This document shows, piece after piece, positions 7,646 through 16,787 of a stretch of 64,000 nt of DNA. This DNA comes from Escherichia phage pEC-M2929-1AR.1. Each line of letters begins with the position of its first letter. Positions within the stretch are counted from its first letter, which is position 1. Made by a program: the position numbers and the translations under genes. Location: sequence record OP177727.1; one strand, 5' to 3'. The notes beneath the pieces were generated by a model, which saw only the letters and a list, made by a program, of their open reading frames with translations, was not told the DNA's origin and did not search any database.

Positions 7646-7881
7646 AAAAAGAAATTTTAACTGATGTAACATATTCTTGTATTAGCAAAGGCGGTTTATA
7701 TCGTGTAGTTGGCTTTCCTAAACCAGCGGGTGTATCTAAAGTATTTGATCCTGTTGTGATCTACGAAGATGTAAGGACTGGTCAACAGTATTGGCGATTC
7801 CAGCAAGATTTCTTACACCGCATGGAGGTTGTTGATGGCGAAAACACCGAAGAAGCGATCCGTAACAAAGCGCGCATCTAA
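7642..7881 (+). CDS. hypothetical protein (79 aa)
   Basis: ORF track; ATGA start/stop overlap with upstream gene. Confidence 0.5.
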   Translation: MKKEILTDVTYSCISKGGLYRVVGFPKPAGVSKVFDPVVIYEDVRTGQQYWRFQQDFLHRMEVVDGENTEEAIRNKARI

Positions 7882-8170
7882 AGATGGGGCGGCAAAAGCC
7901 GCTCCTAAGAAACAAAAATTTGACACAGAGGCTTTTGTCTTTGATACTCCAATAGAAAAGATAGAAGAAGCTCTTGCTAAATTTGAAGCACGTGATGCAG
8001 ATCCTATGGCAGATCCTTTCACAGAAGATGAATTGTACTGGTTTGGCTGGTGGGTTTTGAATCTACCAGAAGCTAAAAAACGAGGAATGAAGTCAGTTCC
8101 TATTTGCGCAAAAGAGTCGGCTGTGTTAGGTTTATACGAGAAGCCTAAAAGAAGGAGCAAAAAGAAATGA
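7835..8170 (+). CDS. hypothetical basic protein (Lys/Arg-rich termini)
   Basis: Track ORF trimmed to ATG at 7835 with GGAGG 6 nt upstream; overlaps previous gene in another frame. Confidence 0.45.
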   Translation: MAKTPKKRSVTKRASKDGAAKAAPKKQKFDTEAFVFDTPIEKIEEALAKFEARDADPMADPFTEDELYWFGWWVLNLPEAKKRGMKSVPICAKESAVLGLYEKPKRRSKKK

Positions 8171-8445
8171 GAAAAACTTATCTGAAGTGTTTGTCTGTTG
8201 TGCAAAATGAATGGTATTCAGGTTTGCTGACAGCAGGTAAGAAATATGAAGTGCTCAATAAACCAGGGGCAAGATTTTCATTAATTAAGAACGACAAAGG
8301 CACTGAAATGCTTATTTCAGTTGCAGATTCTATGTATGGTACTTTTGAGTTGGTCTATGAATATGTACCAATTATTCTTGAATACAGCGGTACAAACAAA
8401 CCTTACACAGCTTTAGATGTGATCAACAACAAAAGGAATAAGTAA
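8167..8445 (+). CDS. hypothetical protein (92 aa)
   Basis: ORF track; overlapping start with upstream stop. Confidence 0.5.
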   Translation: MRKTYLKCLSVVQNEWYSGLLTAGKKYEVLNKPGARFSLIKNDKGTEMLISVADSMYGTFELVYEYVPIILEYSGTNKPYTALDVINNKRNK

Positions 8446-8636
8446 TGTTCCTTATTTATTCAGGTAAAGCCAAATACATGCAAGGTGTGAAGCGTGTAGA
8501 AGTAGTAGATACTGTAACTATAGGAAAATCCTTTATTCTTTATTTGTTTTATATCAATGGAGAAAGATTTGCTGTTTCTAAGAAGTTGGTAGATAATGGT
8601 AAAACTTGGAAAGAAGAGAAACAGGAAGGGGGTTGA
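8445..8636 (+). CDS. hypothetical protein (63 aa)
   Basis: ORF track; ATG overlaps upstream stop (TAATG). Confidence 0.45.
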   Translation: MFLIYSGKAKYMQGVKRVEVVDTVTIGKSFILYLFYINGERFAVSKKLVDNGKTWKEEKQEGG

Positions 8637-8637
8637 T

Positions 8638-8980
8638 AGTGGCTAAAATTCTTTGGTTAGATGATTTAAGAGATCCTAAAGATTATGGTTATGAGGATGC
8701 TATTTGGTTAAAATCTTTTGAGGATTGGTTATCTTTTGTTTCAGATGAAGATAATTTCAATAATATCTCAGAGATACACTTCGATAATGATCTTGGAGAA
8801 GATCAGGAAGGATATCATGCATTCTTAGACGTAGAATGTATGTTGTATGCGGGTGAATGGGATGCTCTTAAGACTATCTATGTCCATACATCAAACCCTT
8901 CTGCTGCTGGTAAATATATGTTAGCTAAGGAAAATTTTATTTCATCCTATGGTGTTGAAATTAAACGTGTTAACTATTAA
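8638..8980 (+). CDS. hypothetical protein
   Basis: Track ORF 8606-8980; probable GTG start at 8638 after GGAAGGGGG. Confidence 0.45.
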
Positions 8981-8989
8981 GGAGGTGTT

Positions 8990-9136
8990 ATGCTTTATGT
9001 TATTTGGATAGATGAAGGGGATGGGTTTTATATATACAAACACACTAACCATTGGCCCGATGTAGAAAAAGCACTTGCAACTTTTGAAGATTGCTTTTAC
9101 GATATACATACAGACGAAGAGTATGAAGAAAATTGA
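8990..9136 (+). CDS. small hypothetical protein (48 aa)
   Basis: Hand-translated MLYVIWIDEGDGFYIYKHTNHWPDVEKALATFEDCFYDIHTDEEYEEN; AAGGAGGTG RBS; below ORF-track cutoff. Confidence 0.45.
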   Translation: MLYVIWIDEGDGFYIYKHTNHWPDVEKALATFEDCFYDIHTDEEYEEN

Positions 9137-9495
9137 TGTGCGCTACTAATCAACATGATATTTGTTACCAACCTCTTACTTGGATTGGTGAGGATCACTA
9201 TGCTCAACGTGTTATAGTATGCGCTGCGAATAAGTATATTCTCAACAATGGCGAAGAGTTAATTATTCCTTGTGTTAGGCATGCAAATCCTGTACTATCT
9301 GCACAACTTAATGTTTTAAAAGATGCAGGATTGATTGATAAACTGTTTTGCTTACCTGATAATCAAGGGTTTATTGATCAGTATTATAACTGGTGGAGTC
9401 GCAAAGATGCTTATATCATTGCAGATAATGCCAAACAAATTAATTATGAAAGAAATGGTCACGACAGTGAACTATTCAGCGAGGGATTATACTAA
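9133..9495 (+). CDS. hypothetical protein (120 aa)
   Basis: ORF track; overlapping stop/start with neighbours. Confidence 0.5.
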   Translation: MMCATNQHDICYQPLTWIGEDHYAQRVIVCAANKYILNNGEELIIPCVRHANPVLSAQLNVLKDAGLIDKLFCLPDNQGFIDQYYNWWSRKDAYIIADNAKQINYERNGHDSELFSEGLY

Positions 9496-10046
9496 TGTTT
9501 ATTACAAGTGATTTGCATTTTATGCACAAACGTATCCGAGAGTTTGCTCCTGAATATCGCCCGTGGGAAGATATGGAGCATATGACAGAAGCACTGATCG
9601 AAGCATGGAATAAATGTGCCACAACACCAGGAGTAAAGATGTACCATCTTGGGGACTTCTGTTTCGGGACTGAAGAAGATACCCGTAAAATTGCTTCACG
9701 TCTTCAAGGTGATATTACTTACTGTGTTGGGAACCATGATTACAGCAAACACCGAGAAGTGCTTGCAGAATATGGTGAGGTTGTGTATTATGACGAAGTG
9801 AAATATCAGAAACTGTTCTTCGTCTTAAGTCATTATCCTATGGCTTCCTGGAATAAACAAGGACATGGATCAATCATGCTACACGGGCACTCTCACGGAT
9901 CATTCCCTGATCATTTGTATGGGAAAATGTTGGATGTTGGTTGGGACGCACACGGAAAAATCTTGCATTTTGACGAAATCATCTCTATTATGGATAAACG
10001 TGATATTGTTGTTGTAGACCATCATAAGATAATCAAAGGAGATTAA
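9495..10046 (+). CDS. calcineurin-like metallophosphoesterase (candidate RNA/DNA 3'-phosphatase)
   Basis: Motifs DLHF, GDFCFG, GNHD, HGHSHG typical of the metallophosphoesterase superfamily. Confidence 0.7.
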   Translation: MFITSDLHFMHKRIREFAPEYRPWEDMEHMTEALIEAWNKCATTPGVKMYHLGDFCFGTEEDTRKIASRLQGDITYCVGNHDYSKHREVLAEYGEVVYYDEVKYQKLFFVLSHYPMASWNKQGHGSIMLHGHSHGSFPDHLYGKMLDVGWDAHGKILHFDEIISIMDKRDIVVVDHHKIIKGD

Positions 10047-10047
10047 G

Positions 10048-10980
10048 GTGGCTAAGTTCAATTGTGATGACCTGATTGCAAAAGGTTTAGTGCATAAAAA
10101 AGAAGTTAAATCTGGAGAGTATGCTGGTCTTGCTGTACTTAAATACAAAAACAATGTATTCTGGGATAACTTGTGGAACGTTGACAAACGACTTCTAGAT
10201 TGTCGTGGGTTGGTTGTTGACTCAGAAGATAATGTTGTTATTTGGCCTTTTACTAAAATCTTTAATCGTTTTGAGAATGGTACAGATCTTCCAGCAGACC
10301 AGCTTGTAGATGCTGTCCGTAAAGTAAACGGTTTTATGGCATCTGTAGGTGTGTACAAAGGGCAACTTATTGTATCAACAACAGGGAGCCTAGAGTCAGA
10401 TTTTGCAACTCTTGCCAAGAACCATATTGTTTCCGAGTGTGATGACATAGAATATTTCATTAAGTGGACAGAAAGTGCAAAAGCAACTTTCCTTTTTGAA
10501 ATCTGTGATCCTTCTGATCCACATATTGTTGAAGAAGAACCAGGTGCATACTTAATTGGAGCAAGAATTCAAAATGATGATGGGACAAGTTTCATGCTAC
10601 CTGAAGGTGTGCTCGATGGGATTGCATCTATTACAAAATTTAAACGTCCTGAAGTTTATCCGATGATTAAATTTTCAGATGTTGTTGAAATGTCTAAACA
10701 TTGTAAGCACGAAGGGTTTGTTGTTCGTGAAACAAACTATCCGTTTAACTTGCTGTTAAAGATTAAGTCACCATACTATCTTGCTAAGAAATTCCTTATG
10801 CGTGGTGGCAATAAGAAGTGGGATATGATTTGGGACAACCCAAAAAATGCTAAACAAATTGTTGACGAAGAATATTATACTTTGCTAGAATGGCTTCGAA
10901 ACAACTTTACTAAGACTCAATGGGCTGCTTTAGATCCACAAGAGCGACGTAAAGAAATAGAAAACTTCTTTGGAGGCTAA
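10048..10980 (+). CDS. ATP-dependent RNA ligase-like nucleotidyltransferase
   Basis: Covalent nucleotidyltransferase motifs: KVNG (motif I), FLFEICDP (III), EGFVVRE (IV), LLLKIKSP (V). Confidence 0.6.
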   Translation: MAKFNCDDLIAKGLVHKKEVKSGEYAGLAVLKYKNNVFWDNLWNVDKRLLDCRGLVVDSEDNVVIWPFTKIFNRFENGTDLPADQLVDAVRKVNGFMASVGVYKGQLIVSTTGSLESDFATLAKNHIVSECDDIEYFIKWTESAKATFLFEICDPSDPHIVEEEPGAYLIGARIQNDDGTSFMLPEGVLDGIASITKFKRPEVYPMIKFSDVVEMSKHCKHEGFVVRETNYPFNLLLKIKSPYYLAKKFLMRGGNKKWDMIWDNPKNAKQIVDEEYYTLLEWLRNNFTKTQWAALDPQERRKEIENFFGG

Positions 10981-11385
10981 ATGAAACAACTTATCATTTT
11001 ACGTGGTGTTTCAGGTGCAGGTAAATCTACAGTAGCAGAAATTATTTCTGAAGGTTATTGGCCTATCTGTGAGGCAGATCAATATCATTACACAGAAAGT
11101 GGTGTTTACGATTGGAAGCCAGAGAATGTAGGTAAAGCACACGCATGGTGTCAGAGTATTGTTCGTGATGCTATGGCATCTAATATTAAAAAGATTATTG
11201 TCTCTAACACTTCAACCACAGAGAAAGAACTTAAACCTTATTTTACTCTTGCTGAAGAGTTTGGTTATCAAGTTATCTCCTTAGTTGTTGAAAATAGGCA
11301 CGGTAACGACTCAATTCATGAGGTTCCACAACATACTCGTGATCAGCAAGAGAAACGTCTTCGCAGTTCACTTAAGTTACAATAA
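10981..11385 (+). CDS. P-loop kinase (polynucleotide 5'-kinase-like)
   Basis: Walker A GVSGAGKST near N-terminus, about 134 aa; directly follows the ligase with ATGA overlap. Confidence 0.55.
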   Translation: MKQLIILRGVSGAGKSTVAEIISEGYWPICEADQYHYTESGVYDWKPENVGKAHAWCQSIVRDAMASNIKKIIVSNTSTTEKELKPYFTLAEEFGYQVISLVVENRHGNDSIHEVPQHTRDQQEKRLRSSLKLQ

Positions 11386-11394
11386 GGAGAGTGT

Positions 11395-11715
11395 ATGGAA
11401 ATTTATTCTGGTGAAGGTAAGTATTTTACAGTAGTCGATAATGGTGAAATTATTATTTATCGCTACGGAAGTGAGTGGAGGAACGAGACAGGAGACGGCT
11501 ATATCTTATCTTTGCTCCGTTTGATTAATGATCTTACGGAAGAACTTGAAGAAACAAAACGTTCATATGATGATCAAGTAGATTCATTAGAAAACATTAT
11601 TTCAGATCTAAATGAAGAAGTTTGTTATTTGAGTGGACAAGTTTCAGAGTTAACACTGGAATGTGAAGATTTAGGTGATGTTATTGCAGATTTAAATGAA
11701 CGTCTTAAGGATTAA
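11395..11715 (+). CDS. hypothetical acidic protein with predicted coiled coil
   Basis: ORF track; GGAGAG RBS upstream. Confidence 0.5.
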   Translation: MEIYSGEGKYFTVVDNGEIIIYRYGSEWRNETGDGYILSLLRLINDLTEELEETKRSYDDQVDSLENIISDLNEEVCYLSGQVSELTLECEDLGDVIADLNERLKD

Positions 11716-11718
11716 TAT

Positions 11719-11943
11719 ATGAGTACAGCTATCTATGTTAAAGGTGTAAGCGAAGATCAACAAATGTTATTCTCATTTGGTGAGAATACTGAAATGGAAG
11801 ATATGTTTAATGATATCCTTGATGCTCTTTCTTCGGAAGGGTTCACAATGATTACATACTTTATGGCAACATCTTCTGAATACGTTGATACAGATCTTGA
11901 AGATTTGATGGAAGAGATTCAAACTCTTGTGTATAATTGGTAA
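11719..11943 (+). CDS. hypothetical acidic protein (74 aa)
   Basis: ORF track. Confidence 0.45.
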   Translation: MSTAIYVKGVSEDQQMLFSFGENTEMEDMFNDILDALSSEGFTMITYFMATSSEYVDTDLEDLMEEIQTLVYNW

Positions 11944-11951
11944 GGGTAACT

Positions 11952-12140
11952 ATGACATTTATTGAAGAACTAACGAGAATTGCAAACGCACCTAACAGTA
12001 GCGAAGATCCTTACTTTATGGTGGATGATTACACTGGTGGTAATATTGATGATGCCTATGAACTAGGCAGACTACACGGTGAAATTGAAATGGCTAAATG
12101 GGTTCTTTCGCAACTGGAGGTTAAAGATGAAACAAACTAA
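11952..12140 (+). CDS. hypothetical protein
   Basis: Track ORF 11937-12140; ATG at 11952 preceded by AAGGGTAACT. Confidence 0.4.
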   Translation: MTFIEELTRIANAPNSSEDPYFMVDDYTGGNIDDAYELGRLHGEIEMAKWVLSQLEVKDETN

Positions 12141-13242
12141 TCCTACATTGTATGGTAAAACTTCTACAGGTAAAATTAAACAGTGGTCAGTCTATACCGA
12201 AGGTAGTGTTGTAACTGTTGCTCATGGTCAATTAGGTGGAAAGATTACTAGCAAATCTTATACAGCAGAACCTAAAAATATTGGTCGCTCAAATGAAACA
12301 ACAGCAGAAGAACAAGCTGAAATAGAAGCTCTTGCCAAATGGACAAAGCAACTTAAGAATGGGTATTATAAAACAAAAGAGGAAGCTGAAAACCATGTTC
12401 CTTCCACACCCATGAAATGTCAGGATTATAAAGATTATGCTGATCGTGTTTTGTTCCCAGGTTATGCACAGTATAAATTGAATGGTCTACGTTCAATGAT
12501 TAACATGCAAGGTGAATGTTTATCTAAAGCTGGGGAGGTATATAAACTTCCACCTCACTGGAAAGAAATTCCAACCTTCATTAAAGAAGTAGTTGGTCAT
12601 CCTCTTGACGGTGAAGTTTTTGCTGGTTTGGGTGTCCTTAGCCTTCAACAAATTAATAGTGCGTGGAAAAAGCATAATGCTAACACTCCGCTTCTTAAAT
12701 ACTATGTATATGATGTTCCTGTACCATCTGTACCATTTGAGAAGAGGGTTGAAGTTTTGGCTGCTCTAAAAGAAGTAGTTGAAGATAAAGGTTTAGATGA
12801 ACTTATTTGTGTAGTGCATACAGAGTACATTGAAAACCAAGAGCAGTTTGATGCATTCTATGCAAAAGCTCTGCGTGAGAAAGCTGAAGGTGTTGTTTAT
12901 CGTAATGCACAAGGTGTTTACGAGTTTGATAAACGTTCTTATGATGTTATTAAACGTAAACCACGTCAGACACTTGAAGTTAAGGTGGTAAGTGCAAAAC
13001 GTGATAAAAATGGTGACGGGGTATTGACAGGCGAGATGGAAAATGGTAAAGTAGTCGAATTCCTGATGCGTAAGGATTCAGATGAAACCATTAACTATCG
13101 TAAAGAAGAAAATGCTTTGACACTTATTGGTCAATTTGTTGAAATTGAGTACGAAGAATTTTCAGACGAAGGTATTCCTACCAAGCCTGTTGGGGTACGT
13201 GTACGTAAGATGATTCCAGGTACTTGGGAACCAGCAGAGTAA
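12127..13242 (+). CDS. ATP-dependent DNA ligase-like nucleotidyltransferase
   Basis: Motif I KLNG, motif IV EGVVYR, motif V VIKRKP; N-terminal extension; ATG at 12127 preceded by GGAGG. Confidence 0.6.
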   Translation: MKQTNPTLYGKTSTGKIKQWSVYTEGSVVTVAHGQLGGKITSKSYTAEPKNIGRSNETTAEEQAEIEALAKWTKQLKNGYYKTKEEAENHVPSTPMKCQDYKDYADRVLFPGYAQYKLNGLRSMINMQGECLSKAGEVYKLPPHWKEIPTFIKEVVGHPLDGEVFAGLGVLSLQQINSAWKKHNANTPLLKYYVYDVPVPSVPFEKRVEVLAALKEVVEDKGLDELICVVHTEYIENQEQFDAFYAKALREKAEGVVYRNAQGVYEFDKRSYDVIKRKPRQTLEVKVVSAKRDKNGDGVLTGEMENGKVVEFLMRKDSDETINYRKEENALTLIGQFVEIEYEEFSDEGIPTKPVGVRVRKMIPGTWEPAE

Positions 13243-13251
13243 GAGGTAAAT

Positions 13252-13431
13252 ATGGTATTAGTAACATTTCTTATGATGTTAATTGCTATTGCAATTATAA
13301 TGTTAGCCTCGTTTCCAGTGAACAAATGGTACTGCAATTTTTGTAGATTTGTTGTTTTCCTCTGTGCTGGGGCGTATATGGGCGAATCGGTAGTTCGCAT
13401 TAGTGTTTTTTTAGAACAATATTTTAAATAA
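13252..13431 (+). CDS. small membrane protein (59 aa)
   Basis: Hand-translated hydrophobic ORF MVLVTFLMMLIAIAIIMLASF...; AAGAGG RBS; below track cutoff. Confidence 0.4.
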   Translation: MVLVTFLMMLIAIAIIMLASFPVNKWYCNFCRFVVFLCAGAYMGESVVRISVFLEQYFK

Positions 13432-13440
13432 GGAGAAACA

Positions 13441-14163
13441 ATGATCGAGAATTTTTTCAAACAAGTAAAAGTGGACAATAGCTTCTTTATCAAGGCTGCC
13501 GATCAAATTGTTGCTTGGAATGCTAAGGCACGTGGTGGCGTAACCCCAGAATTTACTCAAGAGATGTTTGAAGCTCAACTTTCTTTTGTACGAGAAGAAC
13601 TAAAAGAGTTCCAAGCAGCAGCACAGGAAAATGATCACGTTGAATTACTTGATGCAGCAGCAGATATTTTTGTGGTAGCATCCTACCTGGCATTTATGTT
13701 CTTTGGTAAAGAAGGTGTTGATAAAGCTCTGGAAATGCCGACAGGAGATGTTCTGGCAGAAAACATTTACGACGTTATCATTGAATTTGATAAAATGATA
13801 GAAAATGACTTGCAATTTGCCCTAATGTCTCTTACACTTACACGTATGGCACGAGATACTTTGGTACGTTCTGTTTATAACGAGAAGAAGGTTATGCGTG
13901 AAGTGTTGAATAGCAATGAGTCCAAGTATCCTACCAAAAAGCAACTCCTGGCTATTTGGGAAACTAAGGATATTGTTGAAGCTCTTGAAAAAGAGTGTGA
14001 TGCTATCGAGATGCGAAGCAAAGATCGTGCAGAAGGTTCTTATACTGGAGTACATGCTGTATATAACGAAGTTCAAAAGGTATACGTATTCTTTGATGAC
14101 AAAGGTAAAATTATGAAGCCATCTACCTTTGTTAAACCTAATATCGCAGCAATCATTGCTTAA
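13441..14163 (+). CDS. MazG-like all-alpha NTP pyrophosphohydrolase (tentative)
   Basis: EExxE...E..D pattern (REELKEFQAAAQENDHVELLDAAADIF) resembling MazG/dCTPase family; GGAGAAACA RBS. Confidence 0.35.
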   Translation: MIENFFKQVKVDNSFFIKAADQIVAWNAKARGGVTPEFTQEMFEAQLSFVREELKEFQAAAQENDHVELLDAAADIFVVASYLAFMFFGKEGVDKALEMPTGDVLAENIYDVIIEFDKMIENDLQFALMSLTLTRMARDTLVRSVYNEKKVMREVLNSNESKYPTKKQLLAIWETKDIVEALEKECDAIEMRSKDRAEGSYTGVHAVYNEVQKVYVFFDDKGKIMKPSTFVKPNIAAIIA

Positions 14164-14167
14164 GAAA

Positions 14168-14192
14168 TAAAGCCCCTTCGGGGGCTTATTGG
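14168..14192 (+). terminator. intrinsic terminator-like hairpin (AGCCCCTTCGGGGGCT)
   Basis: GC stem with TTCG loop after stop of upstream gene, followed by T-containing tract. Confidence 0.4.
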
Positions 14193-14199
14193 AGGTATT

Positions 14200-14478
14200 A
14201 TGTTAACAGCAGAAGATATCTTTAAACACGGTTTGCGTCAGGTAATCAAATCCTTGAAGAATGCAGGTATTGAAGATATCACACAGGAAATTGTTGGTTT
14301 AGAAAAAGAAGGTAAGAGAACAGAATTTAAGTTTTACACAGAAGAACAGTGGTTGAGTAATCCGCAAAACAAAGCTAATGAGGCTGTTAGTCTGTTTGGT
14401 AAATCTTATAAAGGATTTAAATATCCTGATCATATTGTCGAATATGATGGTGTAAAATATTTTGTAGTTGTTATTTGA
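14200..14478 (+). CDS. hypothetical protein (92 aa)
   Basis: ORF track; GGAGGT RBS. Confidence 0.5.
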   Translation: MLTAEDIFKHGLRQVIKSLKNAGIEDITQEIVGLEKEGKRTEFKFYTEEQWLSNPQNKANEAVSLFGKSYKGFKYPDHIVEYDGVKYFVVVI

Positions 14479-14488
14479 GGAGAAAACT

Positions 14489-15373
14489 ATGTTTGCTAAA
14501 AATTTCAAATCTTGCGTAACCCTGATTTCTGGTGATGGTCTGTCTATTTCAGCACTGAACACAGTAACAGACAAACCGCTTGATTTTGTTGTGGCACAGG
14601 GGCAACAAGCACATACCATTGGTCTTGTTCGTTTTGAAGATGATGGTTCCTATGTAAAAGTGTTCTCTGGTTTAGAGGTTATTAAAGTAGGGCAATCTGT
14701 TAAGAAAGTTAACAAGAAGAAAGTTAAACGCATTCTTAATGAAAAACTCCAGGAGATGGAACAAGAGTTTATTGCTGCAAATCCTACTAAAGAGTTCTTC
14801 TTGGACAAAGAAAGCAAAAAAGCAATTGAGGCTGATATTGTGTTTTCTTTGCTCCCAGAAACAGAGGCAGATGATTTCTATAACTATGTTGTTGTAGACA
14901 CTGAAAACAGTATTACCTATGTTCTTAATGGTACTAAGAAAATTAGTGAAGATATTGCTGTATTTCTTCGTGAGGTGTTGGGTACTTTCCCAGTTCTGCC
15001 GTTTAGTGTACACGAAGAAGCCATTATTAAAGGTTTTGATACCATCTTAGAAGAACATGAAGCTGAACGACTGACCCTGGGTAATTATATTAAACTTGAA
15101 GATTCGGAAGGTGTGGTTGTATGGAGTAAAGAGTCCCTTTATGAATCTCGTGCAGTAGAACTTATGGAAGATGGTAAGCACGTTGTTGCCATTGGCCTGG
15201 AATATGACGGCTTCGTTAACTTTATTGTTGATAAAGAATTTAAGTTGAGTGGTATTAAATTCCCTAAATACTTTAATGATGAAGAAGGATCTTTTGAAGC
15301 ATCTGTCCTTCTGTGCTTTAACGAAATCCGTGGTATTATGCAAGACCTTATCAAGTCAACTATTCAAAAATAA
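14489..15373 (+). CDS. rdgC: RdgC-like recombination-associated protein
   Basis: Block IVFSLLPETEADDFYNYVVVDTENSITYV...FLREVLGTFPVLPFSV closely parallels E. coli RdgC (HSLLPRAF...LGSLPVVPLS); GAGGAG RBS. Confidence 0.6.
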   Translation: MFAKNFKSCVTLISGDGLSISALNTVTDKPLDFVVAQGQQAHTIGLVRFEDDGSYVKVFSGLEVIKVGQSVKKVNKKKVKRILNEKLQEMEQEFIAANPTKEFFLDKESKKAIEADIVFSLLPETEADDFYNYVVVDTENSITYVLNGTKKISEDIAVFLREVLGTFPVLPFSVHEEAIIKGFDTILEEHEAERLTLGNYIKLEDSEGVVVWSKESLYESRAVELMEDGKHVVAIGLEYDGFVNFIVDKEFKLSGIKFPKYFNDEEGSFEASVLLCFNEIRGIMQDLIKSTIQK

Positions 15374-15447
15374 TACTTGACTTACTAATTTAATATGTGT
15401 TAATATGCCTACCTACTTAGTTAGGTGGGCTTTTAAGGAGACACACC

Positions 15448-15660
15448 ATGAAAAAACTTCTTGTCGGTTTACTTCTAGTAATCAGTTCTTATTCTTATGC
15501 TGGTCAAATAACTTTAATTAATTCTGGAGAACAAGTTTCTGGAAGTACAAAATACTGTTTTTACTCTAACGGTATGTACGACAAGGTTATAGAGGTTTCT
15601 GCAAGTCGTCAGTGTCCCTACACACGAACATTCTCAACAGAGAGTTCAGATGATGAATAG
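15448..15660 (+). CDS. small secreted protein (signal peptide, 70 aa)
   Basis: N-terminal MKKLLVGLLLVISSYSYAG signal-peptide-like; AAGGAG RBS. Confidence 0.5.
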   Translation: MKKLLVGLLLVISSYSYAGQITLINSGEQVSGSTKYCFYSNGMYDKVIEVSASRQCPYTRTFSTESSDDE

Positions 15661-15668
15661 GAGGTAAT

Positions 15669-16787
15669 ATTAGCGGTTACATTTTAATCCAACCGGAAGA
15701 CCTGCACAAATATGTTGACGAGAACACAATTCTTGCAATAGACTACGATCAAGTGGCGTTCCAAGCGTCTTCAGCTTTAGAACAAAGAAAAATCCACGCT
15801 GTACACAAGGCTTCCGGTAATGTAAAAGAGTTTGAAACAAGAACAGACTTTTGGGGTAAATCTTCAAAAAATATTGGAGGATGGTTAGGAGCACTTAACG
15901 CGCAACGCGAAGCTGCTGGTAAAAAGTTGTTCTCTAGAGAAGATTTTGAAATAAAAGACGTTCAAATAGTCCCAGATAATATTTCTTTTACGTTTCAAGC
16001 TGCAAAGACAAAAATAACCCAGATGATGGATCACCTAAAACTTCAAAAGTATTGCGGTGTCATCGGGGTAGGAAAAACCTTCCGGCATTCTTTCAAAATG
16101 CCAAAAGAATATAAATCAGAACGATCAGATTTAAGACCAATCCATTTATCAGATACTAAAGATTATCTAGTTGAAAAACATAACGGTGACGTTGTTACTG
16201 GTATTGAGGCAGATGATGCTTTAGAGATCTATGGGTATGCAGGGTATAAAGCCTATAAGGAAACTGGTAAGTTTTCTCATATTGTAGCATCTATCGACAA
16301 AGATAGCTTGCACACACCAAGTTTACTCTTTAACTTTTATAAAGAGGATGGTGTTTATAAAAATCCTTGTATTATTCTGATTGATGAATCTATCGGTGAT
16401 ATCTGGATCGTAGAAAAAGGTAAGAAAAAAGAAATTAAGGGTTGGGGTAGTTACTGGTTAGCTTATCAAATGCTAATGGGCGATAAGACAGATAGTATTC
16501 GACCTTACCAAGATTTCGATGTTAAGTTTGGAGATATTACTTGCTTTAATCTTATTTCCAAATGTAAAACACAGGCTGAACTTTTTCAGACAGTTAAAGA
16601 TCAGTATTATGAATGGTTCCCAGATGGCGTTAAATTTACTTCTTGGGATGGTGAAGAAGTAGAGATGACAACTGATGAATGGATAGAGACAATTTTTCAG
16701 TTGGTATATATGAAACGTTGGGCGAATGATGAAACAACTTTTGAAAGTATGCTACAAGCATATATTTCAGAGCAGGAGGAACATTGA
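15669..16787 (+). CDS. 5'-3' exonuclease / flap endonuclease (RNase H-like, FEN family)
   Basis: GDKTDSIRP matches the FEN GDxSDNIPG motif; conserved N-terminal block ILAIDYDQVAF lies upstream of the track start (GTG 15753), so a non-AUG start near 15669 just after AGGAGG is inferred. Confidence 0.65.
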   Translation: MSGYILIQPEDLHKYVDENTILAIDYDQVAFQASSALEQRKIHAVHKASGNVKEFETRTDFWGKSSKNIGGWLGALNAQREAAGKKLFSREDFEIKDVQIVPDNISFTFQAAKTKITQMMDHLKLQKYCGVIGVGKTFRHSFKMPKEYKSERSDLRPIHLSDTKDYLVEKHNGDVVTGIEADDALEIYGYAGYKAYKETGKFSHIVASIDKDSLHTPSLLFNFYKEDGVYKNPCIILIDESIGDIWIVEKGKKKEIKGWGSYWLAYQMLMGDKTDSIRPYQDFDVKFGDITCFNLISKCKTQAELFQTVKDQYYEWFPDGVKFTSWDGEEVEMTTDEWIETIFQLVYMKRWANDETTFESMLQAYISEQEEH

